Counted from the first letter of the stretch, positions 22,008 through 31,630 are shown. The stretch: 64,000 nucleotides of DNA from an uncultured virus (IMG/VR IMGVR_UViG_3300041583_000459) (IMGVR_UViG_3300041583_000459), one strand, 5' to 3'. Numbers and translations are program-made. Notes: a model not told the origin generated them from the letters alone.

Positions 22008-22200
22008 TATTTTCTCCTATTATAAAATCCCATACCCGCTGGCACAGAAAGTGCATAAGCAGTCTTTACAATATCTTGAAGATTCATATTAGTCACGTCG
22101 ATTGTGTTGTTTTTCGTAACTTTAAATCCTTTTATTTGATTATTCTATGTATTACTATTACTACAGTTTTATAGGAAAGTCAAGATAAAAATTATCTATT

Positions 22201-22700
22201 AAAGCAGGGATTGTGGCTTTACACTAGGAGAGCCGCAGCTTGTCCTATTCCCCTATACACCTCTACAGCGATCAACCTGTATTATCCTGTAACATTCAGG
22301 AATTGCCTTTTCAGGTGGTTGACGATAATTCTTGTGCGGGTCTCTCCCCGCCAGTCACGATTTCACTCGTCGGCCCAGTCGCGATCTGGTGCTTTTCTTA
22401 AATTCTAGACCTTGAAAAATTACTAGAGGAATCGAACCCCTCATCTCGGCCTATCCCGATGTTCTACCACTAAACTAAGTAACCTACTATAAAACAATCG
22501 GCAAATTACAATATAGTATTTCAAGGTCTTGGGTGATTGCCGCCACCCAAAGTTTGCTATTGCGTATTTAAACCCAAAAGGAAATCCCCTTGTCACAAAC
22601 TATTCTATGCCACCATTCTAAAAATTTAACTATTCGCGCTAGTCTTCCGTGATTTTTATCTTTGTAATATCAAAGTAATTGATAACAGATGCTAGAAATT
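22201..22700 (-). ncRNA. Large structured ncRNA, possibly GOLLD-like
   Basis: ORF-free on the minus strand, GC-richer, many hairpins (CCAG/CTGG, GCGGG/CCCGC, TCCTG/CAGGA, TTGGGTG/CACCCAA), closing stem AAAGCA/TGCTTT; directly 3' of a tRNA. Confidence 0.5.
22418..22484 (-). ncRNA. tRNA-like domain with an aberrant anticodon arm and no CCA
   Basis: GGTTACT/AGTAATT acceptor stem, TAGTTTAGTGGTAGAAC D arm, AGGGG-TTCGATT-CCTCT T arm, anticodon arm TCGG-GATAGG-CCGA. Confidence 0.7.
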
Positions 22701-22784
22701 TGGTGAACGAGGTGGGATTCGAACCCACGAAGCATATGCGACTGATTAAAAGTCAGTTCCCTTTGTCCACTTGGGTACTCGTCC
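22701..22784 (-). tRNA. tRNA with anticodon UUU (Lys), long variable arm, encoded CCA
   Basis: GGACGAG TA CCCA AGTGGACAA AGGG A ACTGA CTTTTAA TCAGT CGCATATGCTTC GTGGG TTCGAAT CCCAC CTCGTTC A CCA. Confidence 0.9.
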
Positions 22785-22805
22785 GTATTTTTCTATTATA
22801 TATCT

Positions 22806-22834
22806 AACATAATTGATTCTGTCTTCTTTGTCAA
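22806..22834 (-). promoter_or_regulatory. Sigma70-type promoter for the tRNA/ncRNA locus
   Basis: TTGACA-N17-TATGTT. Confidence 0.65.
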
Positions 22835-23125
22835 CTAATTTTTTATAATCTGACTATTTTACTTAGCTGTATGTTTCAACCGATACAGCCCAATATTTTC
22901 TTGTTTTGTTAACCCAGCTCATGTCTTTATATATTTTTGCTTCATCTACATACATAGGCTCAGAAATATATATATCGTCAATAGGATTTTTACATTCATT
23001 CTGCTTTTTACAGAAAATCATTGCTTCTTCTTCGGTTTCAAACTCATTTCTGACAGACGTTTTCATGTTTTATTTCTCCTTAGAATTAAAACATAGCTTA
23101 TTCAGAATACTATGTCAACAACATT

Positions 23126-23560
23126 CTACAAGATATATGCAATTGGTTTTGTTTTTACCAAAGTATTTTCGATGATAGCAGAAATAACTCCCCAATCCCC
23201 ATTTGCTAAACCAGAGCCGATGAGAGGCATTGCAATTTCTTCCATTTCACCATCAATTGCACTAAAGCAATCTGCAATCGCCTTGTAGCTAACGTACACT
23301 TTGTTGGCATCTCTACCATAATTATCTTGTGTAATGGCATTCCAAATAGTTTTTCCGTTTGGTTGTAAAGATGGGTGAACTTGGCCTATAATTAAGCCGT
23401 AACCATTATATACACATCGATAGTCATCATATGCTTTTGGATATGTATTTCTTACCGCATATGCAACACCAGAATTCATAGCCCCACGACTATTGCATCC
23501 ATGAATGATATGAAGAACATCTGTAGACATCAAGTCTCCCTTGCGATATTCAATTTTCAT
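23126..23560 (-). CDS. Macro-domain protein (T4 Tk.4-like)
   Basis: KGDL, IHGCNSRGAMNSGVA, PLIGSGLANGDW. Confidence 0.9.
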   Translation of the reverse strand: MKIEYRKGDLMSTDVLHIIHGCNSRGAMNSGVAYAVRNTYPKAYDDYRCVYNGYGLIIGQVHPSLQPNGKTIWNAITQDNYGRDANKVYVSYKAIADCFSAIDGEMEEIAMPLIGSGLANGDWGVISAIIENTLVKTKPIAYIL

Positions 23561-24169
23561 TTTAACCCCTATTCATTTCAATGCCAATTTACAAAAAACT
23601 TCAACTGCTTTATCAATACCATGTGTTTTTACGCTGTCTTTAAACTGACCACGCACAACACATCTACCTTTAGAATTTCGCAACCCTATCATATAAGATT
23701 TGCCTGTTTCTACAAATTCTATAGATAATAGACCACCTTCTGCATTAAAGTATTCGATTATATATTTTTTGCATTCATGTATCATATTCATATTCAACCT
23801 CAATTATTTTAGCCGAGAGCAAATCTATTGAAAGAATCGAACTTTCACTTTCCTATCAAAGACGTGCAGATCCATACACTAATAGTCATGATACTAAAGG
23901 TCTACAACCCGTATAAGCATCATGTCTCTCGACTAAGGTAGTTGTAGCTACCTATTCTTAGACTACTACCAGTTTGCCTTCCTGAAGCATATCATTGGCG
24001 GTCTTTTCTTGTACCCAACGAATGACTTTTCGGCCAATATCAGAAACTTGAATTTCCATTGGCGTAATGCCAGTATGAGTATTTCTGTTTTTTGAATACC
24101 TCTTATCAAGAACCAGATAATGGTTTCCTACATCATCAAGAAGATTATCGTTAATCTCAATTGTTTTGG

Positions 24170-24679
24170 TCATTCGATGGTTTCTCCCATAACCCGCATT
24201 TTTTCAATGCTATCAATCGCATAGGTCCGAATGATAACTTTATTGTCCAATCCACCTTGGGATTCTTCGGATGCTACCGCAATTTCAAGACCTTCAATTT
24301 CATCAGCATTCACTTCTTTATCGTCAATCATATACACACTTTTACCACCTTTCAAGAAAATACACTCAATATATTTTTTTTCTTTGTGGTCTACGAAAGG
24401 ACTGTTTGGAACACGCTGGCCCCAAGCCCGTGGTTTCAGTTCAAAACTGGTAACATCTTTACCCTCTTGCTCAAGCCGCCGCTTTACCATATTGGCATAG
24501 CCATTCGAGTTTTTGTTGGTGAAAATCATCACAGTAGAACCTGTGGTAACTTTAGAAACACGACCTTGCAGTAGATTCTTTTTTCCGCCTTTTAGCTTCA
24601 CTTGCGTAACAGTATCAAGACCTGCAAATGTTGCACCGTTTACTTGATCTAGAATTTCTTTTACTTGATCGTAGTTCAT
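24170..24679 (-). CDS. Conserved hypothetical phage protein
   Basis: 169-aa ORF with a promoter-like TTGACA upstream. Confidence 0.6.
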   Translation of the reverse strand: MNYDQVKEILDQVNGATFAGLDTVTQVKLKGGKKNLLQGRVSKVTTGSTVMIFTNKNSNGYANMVKRRLEQEGKDVTSFELKPRAWGQRVPNSPFVDHKEKKYIECIFLKGGKSVYMIDDKEVNADEIEGLEIAVASEESQGGLDNKVIIRTYAIDSIEKMRVMGETIE

Positions 24680-24734
24680 AATGTATTCCTTTTGATTACA
24701 TTTACAATATAACCTAACAACTTTTAATTGTCAA

Positions 24735-24959
24735 CTACCATTTTGGCAAGTCGGGCAATTCCATCCAGTGCGTCGGCTGAAATTCTTGTATCAGGTTAAT
24801 ATGAACTGTTGGTGCATAAGCGAACATCCAACATCCTTGTTTGAAAGGATACTCTGTAGACCACCGCATTACTTTATAATTTTCCCTAAACAGATCGCAA
24901 CCTAAAATCCACTTTTCTGTATCTTTAATTGCGCTATCTATAGATTTCCAGTCATCCAC
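24735..24959 (-). CDS. DUF551-like protein
   Basis: WKSIDSA.KD...ILG...PTHWMELP. Confidence 0.6.
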   Translation of the reverse strand: MDDWKSIDSAIKDTEKWILGCDLFRENYKVMRWSTEYPFKQGCWMFAYAPTVHINLIQEFQPTHWMELPDLPKW

Positions 24960-26304
24960 TAAAACTTCCCCTTATCTATCCGACTTGACCATCAATAACA
25001 GAAACAAGCTGATCAAAGAAAACACCATCAACTTGCTTCACAACTTTCCACTCATATTTACGAATTTTTGCAAAGATTACGTTATAAATATCACGACCTT
25101 CATCGTACTGAATATAAACATAACCTTTCCAACGCACCATGCCGCTGGTTTTGAATTTCAAACCGTCTTTCATGGCAACAAGTTCTTTAGAACCCCAAGC
25201 CATAAAAGCGTTACGATCCATGCCGCGAATTTGGTCACGAATGATAGTTGCGATGTTGCTCATTGATGTATCTTTCTATTTGCTACAAGAATAATCTAAC
25301 CCATTTAACATATAGTGTCAAGTCATTTGTTGTACAATTTTACGAAGCGCGGTATCAATGTGATCGTCATCAAGATACTGGTAAACTTTGTCGAACCAAG
25401 TTTGCCGCTTTTCACGACCTACACTCCAAACCATATCCCACCGCATACGTTTATCAGACCAGCCATTAATTTTAGCTTGTTCAACCCAATCTGATGTTTT
25501 TAGACCGTGGATATTATCATTTTCGATAATAATTTCTTTGAGTTGGTTGAAATCGTTTTCAGTCATTTTCATAGTTTTTTTCCTAAACCTGTTTCATAAA
25601 GAAGTTTTTCACCACACGACTGTATAACCTATACTCTTCAAGTGTCTTACTTCATCCATCATACTGTTTCCACTGAACCACTCATAATGCCTACCTTCTA
25701 CAAAAAGATCGTTTTTGTAAAGGTTTACATAGTAATTTCCCATAGTTTCTTTGGAAGTATCTACTGGTGTATTAAAGGTATTAATTTTGGACATTTGATT
25801 TCCTTTCCTTACACATTAAAGGTAGTATATCTATCAAAGAATGTCAATTATAATTTTTGAAAAAACTAATTTTTTTGCCTTCGATGTAAACAGTATATCC
25901 ATATTTTTTTGCTATTTTTTCTGCTACACCGACATAAACATTCATTTTTTTCTTTTCGTTTGCGGTATAGGTGAAATAATATGGCATCTTTTTGCCAATT
26001 ACGCTTTTCACAAACGAGATGACGTTGGCATATACTTTCATGGGGTTTTTAGTTTTTATCATGCTGCTCATGTAGAACACTTTTTCTACAGGCCCTTCAT
26101 CTACAAAACTATAAAATTCATCACTGACATTTTTGGAAGTTTTTTTCTTAGACTTCAAACCGTCAACATACAAACTGAATTCATTATTATCGAATTTAAC
26201 GACATACGCAATGTCATCAACTTCGAAGCATTTCTCAAACATAGTAATTGTACCTCCTGATACCTGCATAATTTAGTATATCAGGAGGCTATTGTCAAGA
26301 TATA

Positions 26305-27063
26305 TTATTCTAAATCTTCAAAATATTCGAAAGATTCAACTCGGTTTCCTCTATTGAATATCTGCTTTGACATTTGACTAGCTTGCTTGGTCGGACCACT
26401 AGGATTTGACCGGAAAGTGTCATAAATTTTACCTGCTTTCTTTTTTTGCTTCCAAAGAGTTTTTGTCATGACTTGAACTTCAGCATAAACGCCCTGTATA
26501 TCTATCAATAGATGATATGCACCGTAGTAGCCATATTCTGGGTCGCTACCTTTTTCTTTTTCTTCAATCTCTACAATTTTATCTTTGTTCTTGCGAACTA
26601 AATCTTGCATAAATTTATCAGCATCATCCTTAGTGTCAAATACAACCGCACCTCTAATGAGATCGTTGATTTCTATGATACTTTTACCACGATTGCCAAC
26701 TTTATCTTTAAGTGAATCTAAGGACTTTAACTGAGCATATATTTCTTGATTTTTAAATTTTCTGGAATTTTTCTTTAAAAAATTAGAAAATTCTTTTTTT
26801 AGTGCATTTAGTTTGCTTTTGTTATTATCGTATATAGTCTGAATAGTAGATAGAATCTTGTCTTTGTCTATTGACCCTTTTTTGATTTTAGCATCTAAAT
26901 CTCCAAAGCTGCCAAATTCTTTTCCAGTCATGAATGCTGGATTTACCAGACCCTCAAAAACAAATTCAATCTCTTCAAGTAATTCGTCATTTTCAAACAT
27001 CATGCTGTCATCAAGTGCAAATGCTATTTCTTCTTCTATGTACTCTCTTAATAGGCTTGCCAT
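26305..27063 (-). CDS. Small alarmone synthetase (RelA/SpoT synthetase domain)
   Basis: KSLDSLKDK, INDLIRGAVV, GYYGAYHLLI, AEVQVMT; acidic leader with several I/L-x-E sites. Confidence 0.85.
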   Translation of the reverse strand: MASLLREYIEEEIAFALDDSMMFENDELLEEIEFVFEGLVNPAFMTGKEFGSFGDLDAKIKKGSIDKDKILSTIQTIYDNNKSKLNALKKEFSNFLKKNSRKFKNQEIYAQLKSLDSLKDKVGNRGKSIIEINDLIRGAVVFDTKDDADKFMQDLVRKNKDKIVEIEEKEKGSDPEYGYYGAYHLLIDIQGVYAEVQVMTKTLWKQKKKAGKIYDTFRSNPSGPTKQASQMSKQIFNRGNRVESFEYFEDLE

Positions 27064-27621
27064 TTATTCTACCTCCCCAAGTTTATTTTTTATTGCTTTT
27101 ATTATTTTTTTATGTGTATTAGAAAGTTCTCTATCTTTTTCAAGCCTATCAAGTATTTTTTCTGTTTCAGCTCTATACTTTCTGCGCCACTCTGGAGTTT
27201 TGGCAGTAGCGATATCACGCACATTATCTAATCTATCCGCCAACTTTATCACAAGCGCCCAGCTACTCATCTTAGCCATTTTTTGTGCCAAGTATTCATC
27301 TTTTCCGATATCAGCAATTTTACTATTATCGCTGGTAAGCTCTTTCACTAAAGATGCAATTAAACCACCATACATTTTTACTAAATCTTCATGCGTGGTA
27401 TCGGTATCCTCTACAGTATCATGTAAATATGCTGCGCTTATTAGAGCATCAATATTGTGTGATTTTTTAAATTTTTTGACAAATTCCGCAACTCTTTCGG
27501 GATGCTTTATATATGGTGTCCCATCTGATCTCATTTGACCTTCATGTGCTTTAACAGCATATTTTAAAGCTGCGGCGGAATCTTCACGTAAGTCATAAAT
27601 GTAAGCATTAAAAGTTTTCAT
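27064..27621 (-). CDS. Small alarmone hydrolase (HD, SpoT/Mesh1-like), late copy
   Basis: AHEGQMRSDGTPYIKHP..VA, AAYLHDTVEDT, IKLADRLDN; MKTFNAYI.DLRE leader. Confidence 0.9.
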   Translation of the reverse strand: MKTFNAYIYDLREDSAAALKYAVKAHEGQMRSDGTPYIKHPERVAEFVKKFKKSHNIDALISAAYLHDTVEDTDTTHEDLVKMYGGLIASLVKELTSDNSKIADIGKDEYLAQKMAKMSSWALVIKLADRLDNVRDIATAKTPEWRRKYRAETEKILDRLEKDRELSNTHKKIIKAIKNKLGEVE

Positions 27622-27639
27622 CCCATATCCTTTTCTTTT

Positions 27640-27647
27640 TATTTATA
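27640..27647 (-). promoter_or_regulatory. T4-type late promoter for the SAH-SAS operon
   Basis: TATAAATA about 20 nt upstream of the SAH ATG. Confidence 0.85.
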
Positions 27648-28734
27648 AGGAAGGCATTTTATCAACCCCAATATACTCATGCGCGAAACATAATCTATTT
27701 GTGTGTTTTTCTTGCAACTCTCTACTGAATTTATTTTCTTTTGTTGTCACAAGCATATAATCTTTTCTTACTTCAAGATTATGTGATGTTCCGCGCCATT
27801 TGGGTGAACTCTCGCGATATTCGCCCAATCTGGGGTGTGCAGTTTTTGTGAAATATCGTTTTCCATCTTGCAAGAATATTTCAGCAACTGCTTCTGACAT
27901 TCTAACACCAAACCCCATTCCTTGAAAATCTGGTAGTATTACTGTCCTATGACCTTTCCATGCATTCTTTAAACTGCCTGATGGTAATGCTAGGTTTGCA
28001 GAAAATCCAACAGGGATGTCGCCCCAGACTGCAAGCCAACATCTTGAACTTTTATTGATGTCACCTGAGAGATAGTGATGGTCGCGGAAGATCGCCCAAG
28101 CATCTGTGGTGCAAGGTAGGATTTCCAAAATAATTTCAGGTCGCCTTCGCAACCCCCTCGTGGAAACCACACCCGTTTTGGTATCAAATACCCAATCTGG
28201 TTGTAACCACTCTATGATGTCATAATGACAAGATGCAAACACAACATTTTTCAATTCTTTTTTGTCAACATATCTTCTTATAGCAACAGAACAAGCCTTT
28301 GCAACATTTCTATCTACTACTGATGTGAATTCATCTATTACCGAATTGCTTTCAAGTTTTCTGGCAAGATCCGCACGAAACTTTTCACCATTAGAAAGAA
28401 CATGGTACGGTCTCATCCAAGAAGGGATCGTATTGAAACCAACTGCAGAAAGTTTTTCTTGTGCATCATCTGCATCATCAAAATGAGATACTATAGCCGA
28501 TTTTTCTTTCCAAACTACTGATTTCTCAATTCCAAAGTCTGCTAACAAAGTAGATTTTCCACTACCAGATGGGCCAACAATAAGTCCTATTGTAAACCCA
28601 TCATTAATGTAAAGTTGTCGTTCAATAGTAGGAATTTTCGGGGCCTCAAATGAAGTCTCCCCATCAAAATCATAGTCAAATAGTTTGCTTATTTCTGTAG
28701 TTATTGTATCTTGATTAACTTTTACTGTTTTCAT
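27643..28734 (-). CDS. ABC-type ATPase fused to a GNAT-like domain
   Basis: GPSGSGKST, LSNGEKFR signature, VIDEFTS, SCH; HHYL and RTVILPDFQGMGFG acetyl-CoA-binding motif. Confidence 0.85.
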   Translation of the reverse strand: MKTVKVNQDTITTEISKLFDYDFDGETSFEAPKIPTIERQLYINDGFTIGLIVGPSGSGKSTLLADFGIEKSVVWKEKSAIVSHFDDADDAQEKLSAVGFNTIPSWMRPYHVLSNGEKFRADLARKLESNSVIDEFTSVVDRNVAKACSVAIRRYVDKKELKNVVFASCHYDIIEWLQPDWVFDTKTGVVSTRGLRRRPEIILEILPCTTDAWAIFRDHHYLSGDINKSSRCWLAVWGDIPVGFSANLALPSGSLKNAWKGHRTVILPDFQGMGFGVRMSEAVAEIFLQDGKRYFTKTAHPRLGEYRESSPKWRGTSHNLEVRKDYMLVTTKENKFSRELQEKHTNRLCFAHEYIGVDKMPSL

Positions 28735-28741
28735 ATCACTG

Positions 28742-29368
28742 TTATTCTAAATTTTCATGCTTAATTTCATAATCTTGTACTACTTTCTTCCTGACCACTT
28801 TGTGAATACCTGGGTTTACGACCAACACTTTAGGTAAAATTTCACTTCTGATAAAATTTCGCATGTACTTAGTGTCTTGATTAGATTCATCTTCAATCCA
28901 AGATACGTTTTTGTTGCGGCACCAATCGGTGAAAAGACTTTTAGCATTTGTTCGAAATGGACGAATTACATTTCTGTTTTTATATGGGATGATTTTACCT
29001 TCACCATGCATACAAGACCAGATCCAAGTCTCAACGCAATCATCTAAGTGATGACAAGTAATAATTGGGACATCGAAAGAATGAAACCATTCATATCTTT
29101 GATTGCGCCAATACTCTTCCCAAGACTCATCACTATTCTTATTTCTAGTGATAGAACCAGTATTGTATGTTATCTCATTAATAACGCCAGCCGAATATCT
29201 TGAGTCAAGGAAATCTTTTGCTTGTTTGGATGTCTCTGTTCCGTGGTCAAAAAAGAAAATGTTCACTTTATGGCTTTTTGATAGAAAATCTACAACAGCC
29301 ATAGAATCAACACCACCAGAACAGGCAACATTAACCACTCGCTCAAGTTTTCCTTGAATATTAATCAT
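28742..29368 (-). CDS. tilS: tRNA(Ile)-lysidine synthetase (catalytic domain only)
   Basis: ACSGGVDS, R..RY, HHLDDCVET, IRP, DESN....Y.RN.IR. Confidence 0.9.
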   Translation of the reverse strand: MINIQGKLERVVNVACSGGVDSMAVVDFLSKSHKVNIFFFDHGTETSKQAKDFLDSRYSAGVINEITYNTGSITRNKNSDESWEEYWRNQRYEWFHSFDVPIITCHHLDDCVETWIWSCMHGEGKIIPYKNRNVIRPFRTNAKSLFTDWCRNKNVSWIEDESNQDTKYMRNFIRSEILPKVLVVNPGIHKVVRKKVVQDYEIKHENLE

Positions 29369-29456
29369 TACTCAAATCCATCCTCTTTAGCTTGCTCAAG
29401 CAAGTATTGAATATACTTTAGGTATTCTTCGATTGTCATATCCATATCATTCTCCA

Positions 29457-29765
29457 TTATGGGCCAGACCAACTAATGGAATAGCCACCTTCAAAAATAT
29501 TTCCGCGCGAAAAGTTCTTTGCGGGAGTTGCCCAACCTGCTGCTTTCAAAATATCACCTTTGCGGAATTTAATGTCATCTTCTTTGACGATAAAACCCCA
29601 AACAGATCCATCCTTAACAACACGAATGTATTTCTTACCTACAGTATATGTGATACTTTTGTTGAACTCAGCAATCATACGTTTGCGAATTTCGTTACTT
29701 GCACCATTGTAATTGGCATAATCAATTTTGATCGCTTCGATAAGGGTTTCAATAGCTGTCTGCAT
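29457..29765 (-). CDS. Conserved hypothetical phage protein
   Basis: GKKYIRV...V.GF....GDILKAAGWATPAK..RGNI. Confidence 0.65.
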   Translation of the reverse strand: MQTAIETLIEAIKIDYANYNGASNEIRKRMIAEFNKSITYTVGKKYIRVVKDGSVWGFIVKEDDIKFRKGDILKAAGWATPAKNFSRGNIFEGGYSISWSGP

Positions 29766-30114
29766 TTTATAGACCTTTCATTTCATTTCATAAAAACAAG
29801 TTATTCGTTTATTAGATCGATGTCAAGCCCTAATGTCATCAAGTACAATATCACGCACATATTCACGATCAAAAGAGTCACCAACAAAATCACTTTTGAC
29901 TTTTTCAAAATGCATCAGTGTGGCGGTTTCTACTTCTTCTTTGGTGAATTTATAGTCATAAAGACCACCTACACCATAAAAGCTAAGTACGTAATCAACA
30001 AATTCTCTTCCGTTCATCTTGTCACCTCTTTTGCTACAATTATAATATGACATGGGAGCTATGCTTTGTCAATAAAAAAGTGCGCAAGGCTTATACACCA
30101 CACGCAATTTTTAT

Positions 30115-30237
30115 TTACTCTTTTTTCGGTTCTTCTTTGTTCTTTTCTTTGTTCAGAAATGCCGAAATGGCTTTTGCATCATCATAACTGGATGTTGGTG
30201 CACCCCATTTCAAAGAAGGATCATTTTCTTTAGTCAT
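30115..30237 (-). CDS. 40-aa mini-protein homologous to the Alt C-terminal peptide
   Basis: MTKENDPSLKWGAPTSSYDDAKAISAFLNKEKNKEEPKKE with AAGGA RBS; 35 bp identical between 30185-30219 and 31695-31729. Confidence 0.7.
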   Translation of the reverse strand: MTKENDPSLKWGAPTSSYDDAKAISAFLNKEKNKEEPKKE

Positions 30238-30261
30238 ATACACAATTCCTTTCGTATAACT

Positions 30262-31540
30262 ATAATTATAACTTTCTGTAAATTTCTATAAACTTACGGT
30301 TTGTCTAGTCGCTTCAACGAGGTCTGCCGTAAATTTCCTTTGCAGGAACCATTCCGGTCTTACATCCTCTCCACGATTGTAGTCGGGTAATTCCTCCGAC
30401 AAAAGTCCATGCTGCTTGAACATGCCTTCTTTATAGATGTTCTTGGCAGCATTAATGTCTCTGTCATGCTGAACATGGCAACTTGGACAAGTCCACTCTC
30501 TGATAGATAGATCAAGTTTCTCAAGTTTATGATCACAAGAAGAACAGGTTTTTGAACTTGCAAAGAACCGGTTCACCTTGCACATTTCCTTGCCGTACCA
30601 GTTTGCTTTATAGCTTATCATACCCACAAGCGTAGACCAAGCAACATCAGCAATTGATTTTGACAAACACCTGTTCTTGATCATATTTTTTACTGCTAAG
30701 TCTTCAACAAAAATGCTGTCATAGTTGGTGACTAAAAAGTTACTAATCTGATGATAATACCAATTCCTCTGCCTAGTAATCTTTTCATGTAATCTAGCAA
30801 CTTTTAGTCTTGCCAGTTCTCTTCTCTTACTGCCTTTAGTTTTTCTTGCAAGATGCTGTTGCATCTTCTTCAACTTTGCTTGGGTTTTGCAAAAATATTT
30901 TGGGTTGGTAAATTTAGTTCCGTCAGATAGGATTGCTAGATGATTGATACCAAGATCAATCCCAACATCCTTACCTGTCTTGATCTTTTCTTGAATTTCT
31001 TCTTTCACTAGAACCGAGACATAATATTCATTAGTCTTGGTCTTGGAGACAGTGACACTTCTCAATTCACCGTTAAATTCTCGGTCATAGACGACCTTGA
31101 TGGGCTTCATCTTTGGAATTTTAATTGTCCCTGCTTCGAAGTTGCAAGCTTTGTTATATCCTAGTGCTTGACTAGGAATTCTTATGGAATCCCTTGCCAA
31201 ACCACGCTTTTTAAACTTAGGTCTACCAGACTTACTTTTTCTCTTCTTGTTGAAGTATTGTTTCACAGTTTCGTAGAAGTCCATTCTCTTCTGCTGGATG
31301 CTGTAAGAAATACAGTCCTTAAGCCAGTTGTGTTCTAACTTTACTTGAGCCTCGTTCATGTTTTTGATATGAGAATCAGTTCCATAGTTGTTGAAATTTG
31401 CAACTAATTGGTTCCAAATAAATCTAACTGCGCCAAAATTCCGATCAAGAGTTTGTTTTTGATCAAAAGTTGGGTAGATTCTGTATTTGTAGGCTCGAAG
31501 TTGCAATTAGTTTTTTTACTTTCACGGAAGTTATAATTAT
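30262..31540 (-). mobile_element. Stand-alone TnpB element bounded by 13-bp inverted repeats
   Basis: ATAATTATAACTT at 30262-30274 and its reverse complement at 31528-31540; no TnpA in the window. Confidence 0.65.
30286..31506 (-). CDS. tnpB: RNA-guided endonuclease TnpB (IS200/IS605/IS607 family)
   Basis: RAYKYRIYPT, GIDLG (RuvC-I), VEDL (RuvC-II), SKTCSSC..CPSC zinc ribbon, DRDINAAKNI (RuvC-III). Confidence 0.95.
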   Translation of the reverse strand: MQLRAYKYRIYPTFDQKQTLDRNFGAVRFIWNQLVANFNNYGTDSHIKNMNEAQVKLEHNWLKDCISYSIQQKRMDFYETVKQYFNKKRKSKSGRPKFKKRGLARDSIRIPSQALGYNKACNFEAGTIKIPKMKPIKVVYDREFNGELRSVTVSKTKTNEYYVSVLVKEEIQEKIKTGKDVGIDLGINHLAILSDGTKFTNPKYFCKTQAKLKKMQQHLARKTKGSKRRELARLKVARLHEKITRQRNWYYHQISNFLVTNYDSIFVEDLAVKNMIKNRCLSKSIADVAWSTLVGMISYKANWYGKEMCKVNRFFASSKTCSSCDHKLEKLDLSIREWTCPSCHVQHDRDINAAKNIYKEGMFKQHGLLSEELPDYNRGEDVRPEWFLQRKFTADLVEATRQTVSL

Positions 31541-31543
31541 TAG

Positions 31544-31551
31544 TATTTATA
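31544..31551 (-). promoter_or_regulatory. T4-type late promoter upstream of the TnpB element
   Basis: TATAAATA. Confidence 0.8.
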
Positions 31552-31630
31552 CAAATCTTACGTGACCAACTTCATTATTTGTAAATAATGAATACAATCT
31601 ATACTGGAATTTATCGAAAAGTAAATCTAG

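Noticed and set aside
22407..22529. Bacterial Y RNA (YrlA)
   Set aside because: The arms are in normal tRNA order rather than the permuted YrlA order, and no Ro60/Rsr gene is in the window.
22201..22700. tmRNA or RNase P RNA
   Set aside because: No tRNA-Ala-like ends, tag-peptide frame or GAGGAAAGUCC motif was recognised.
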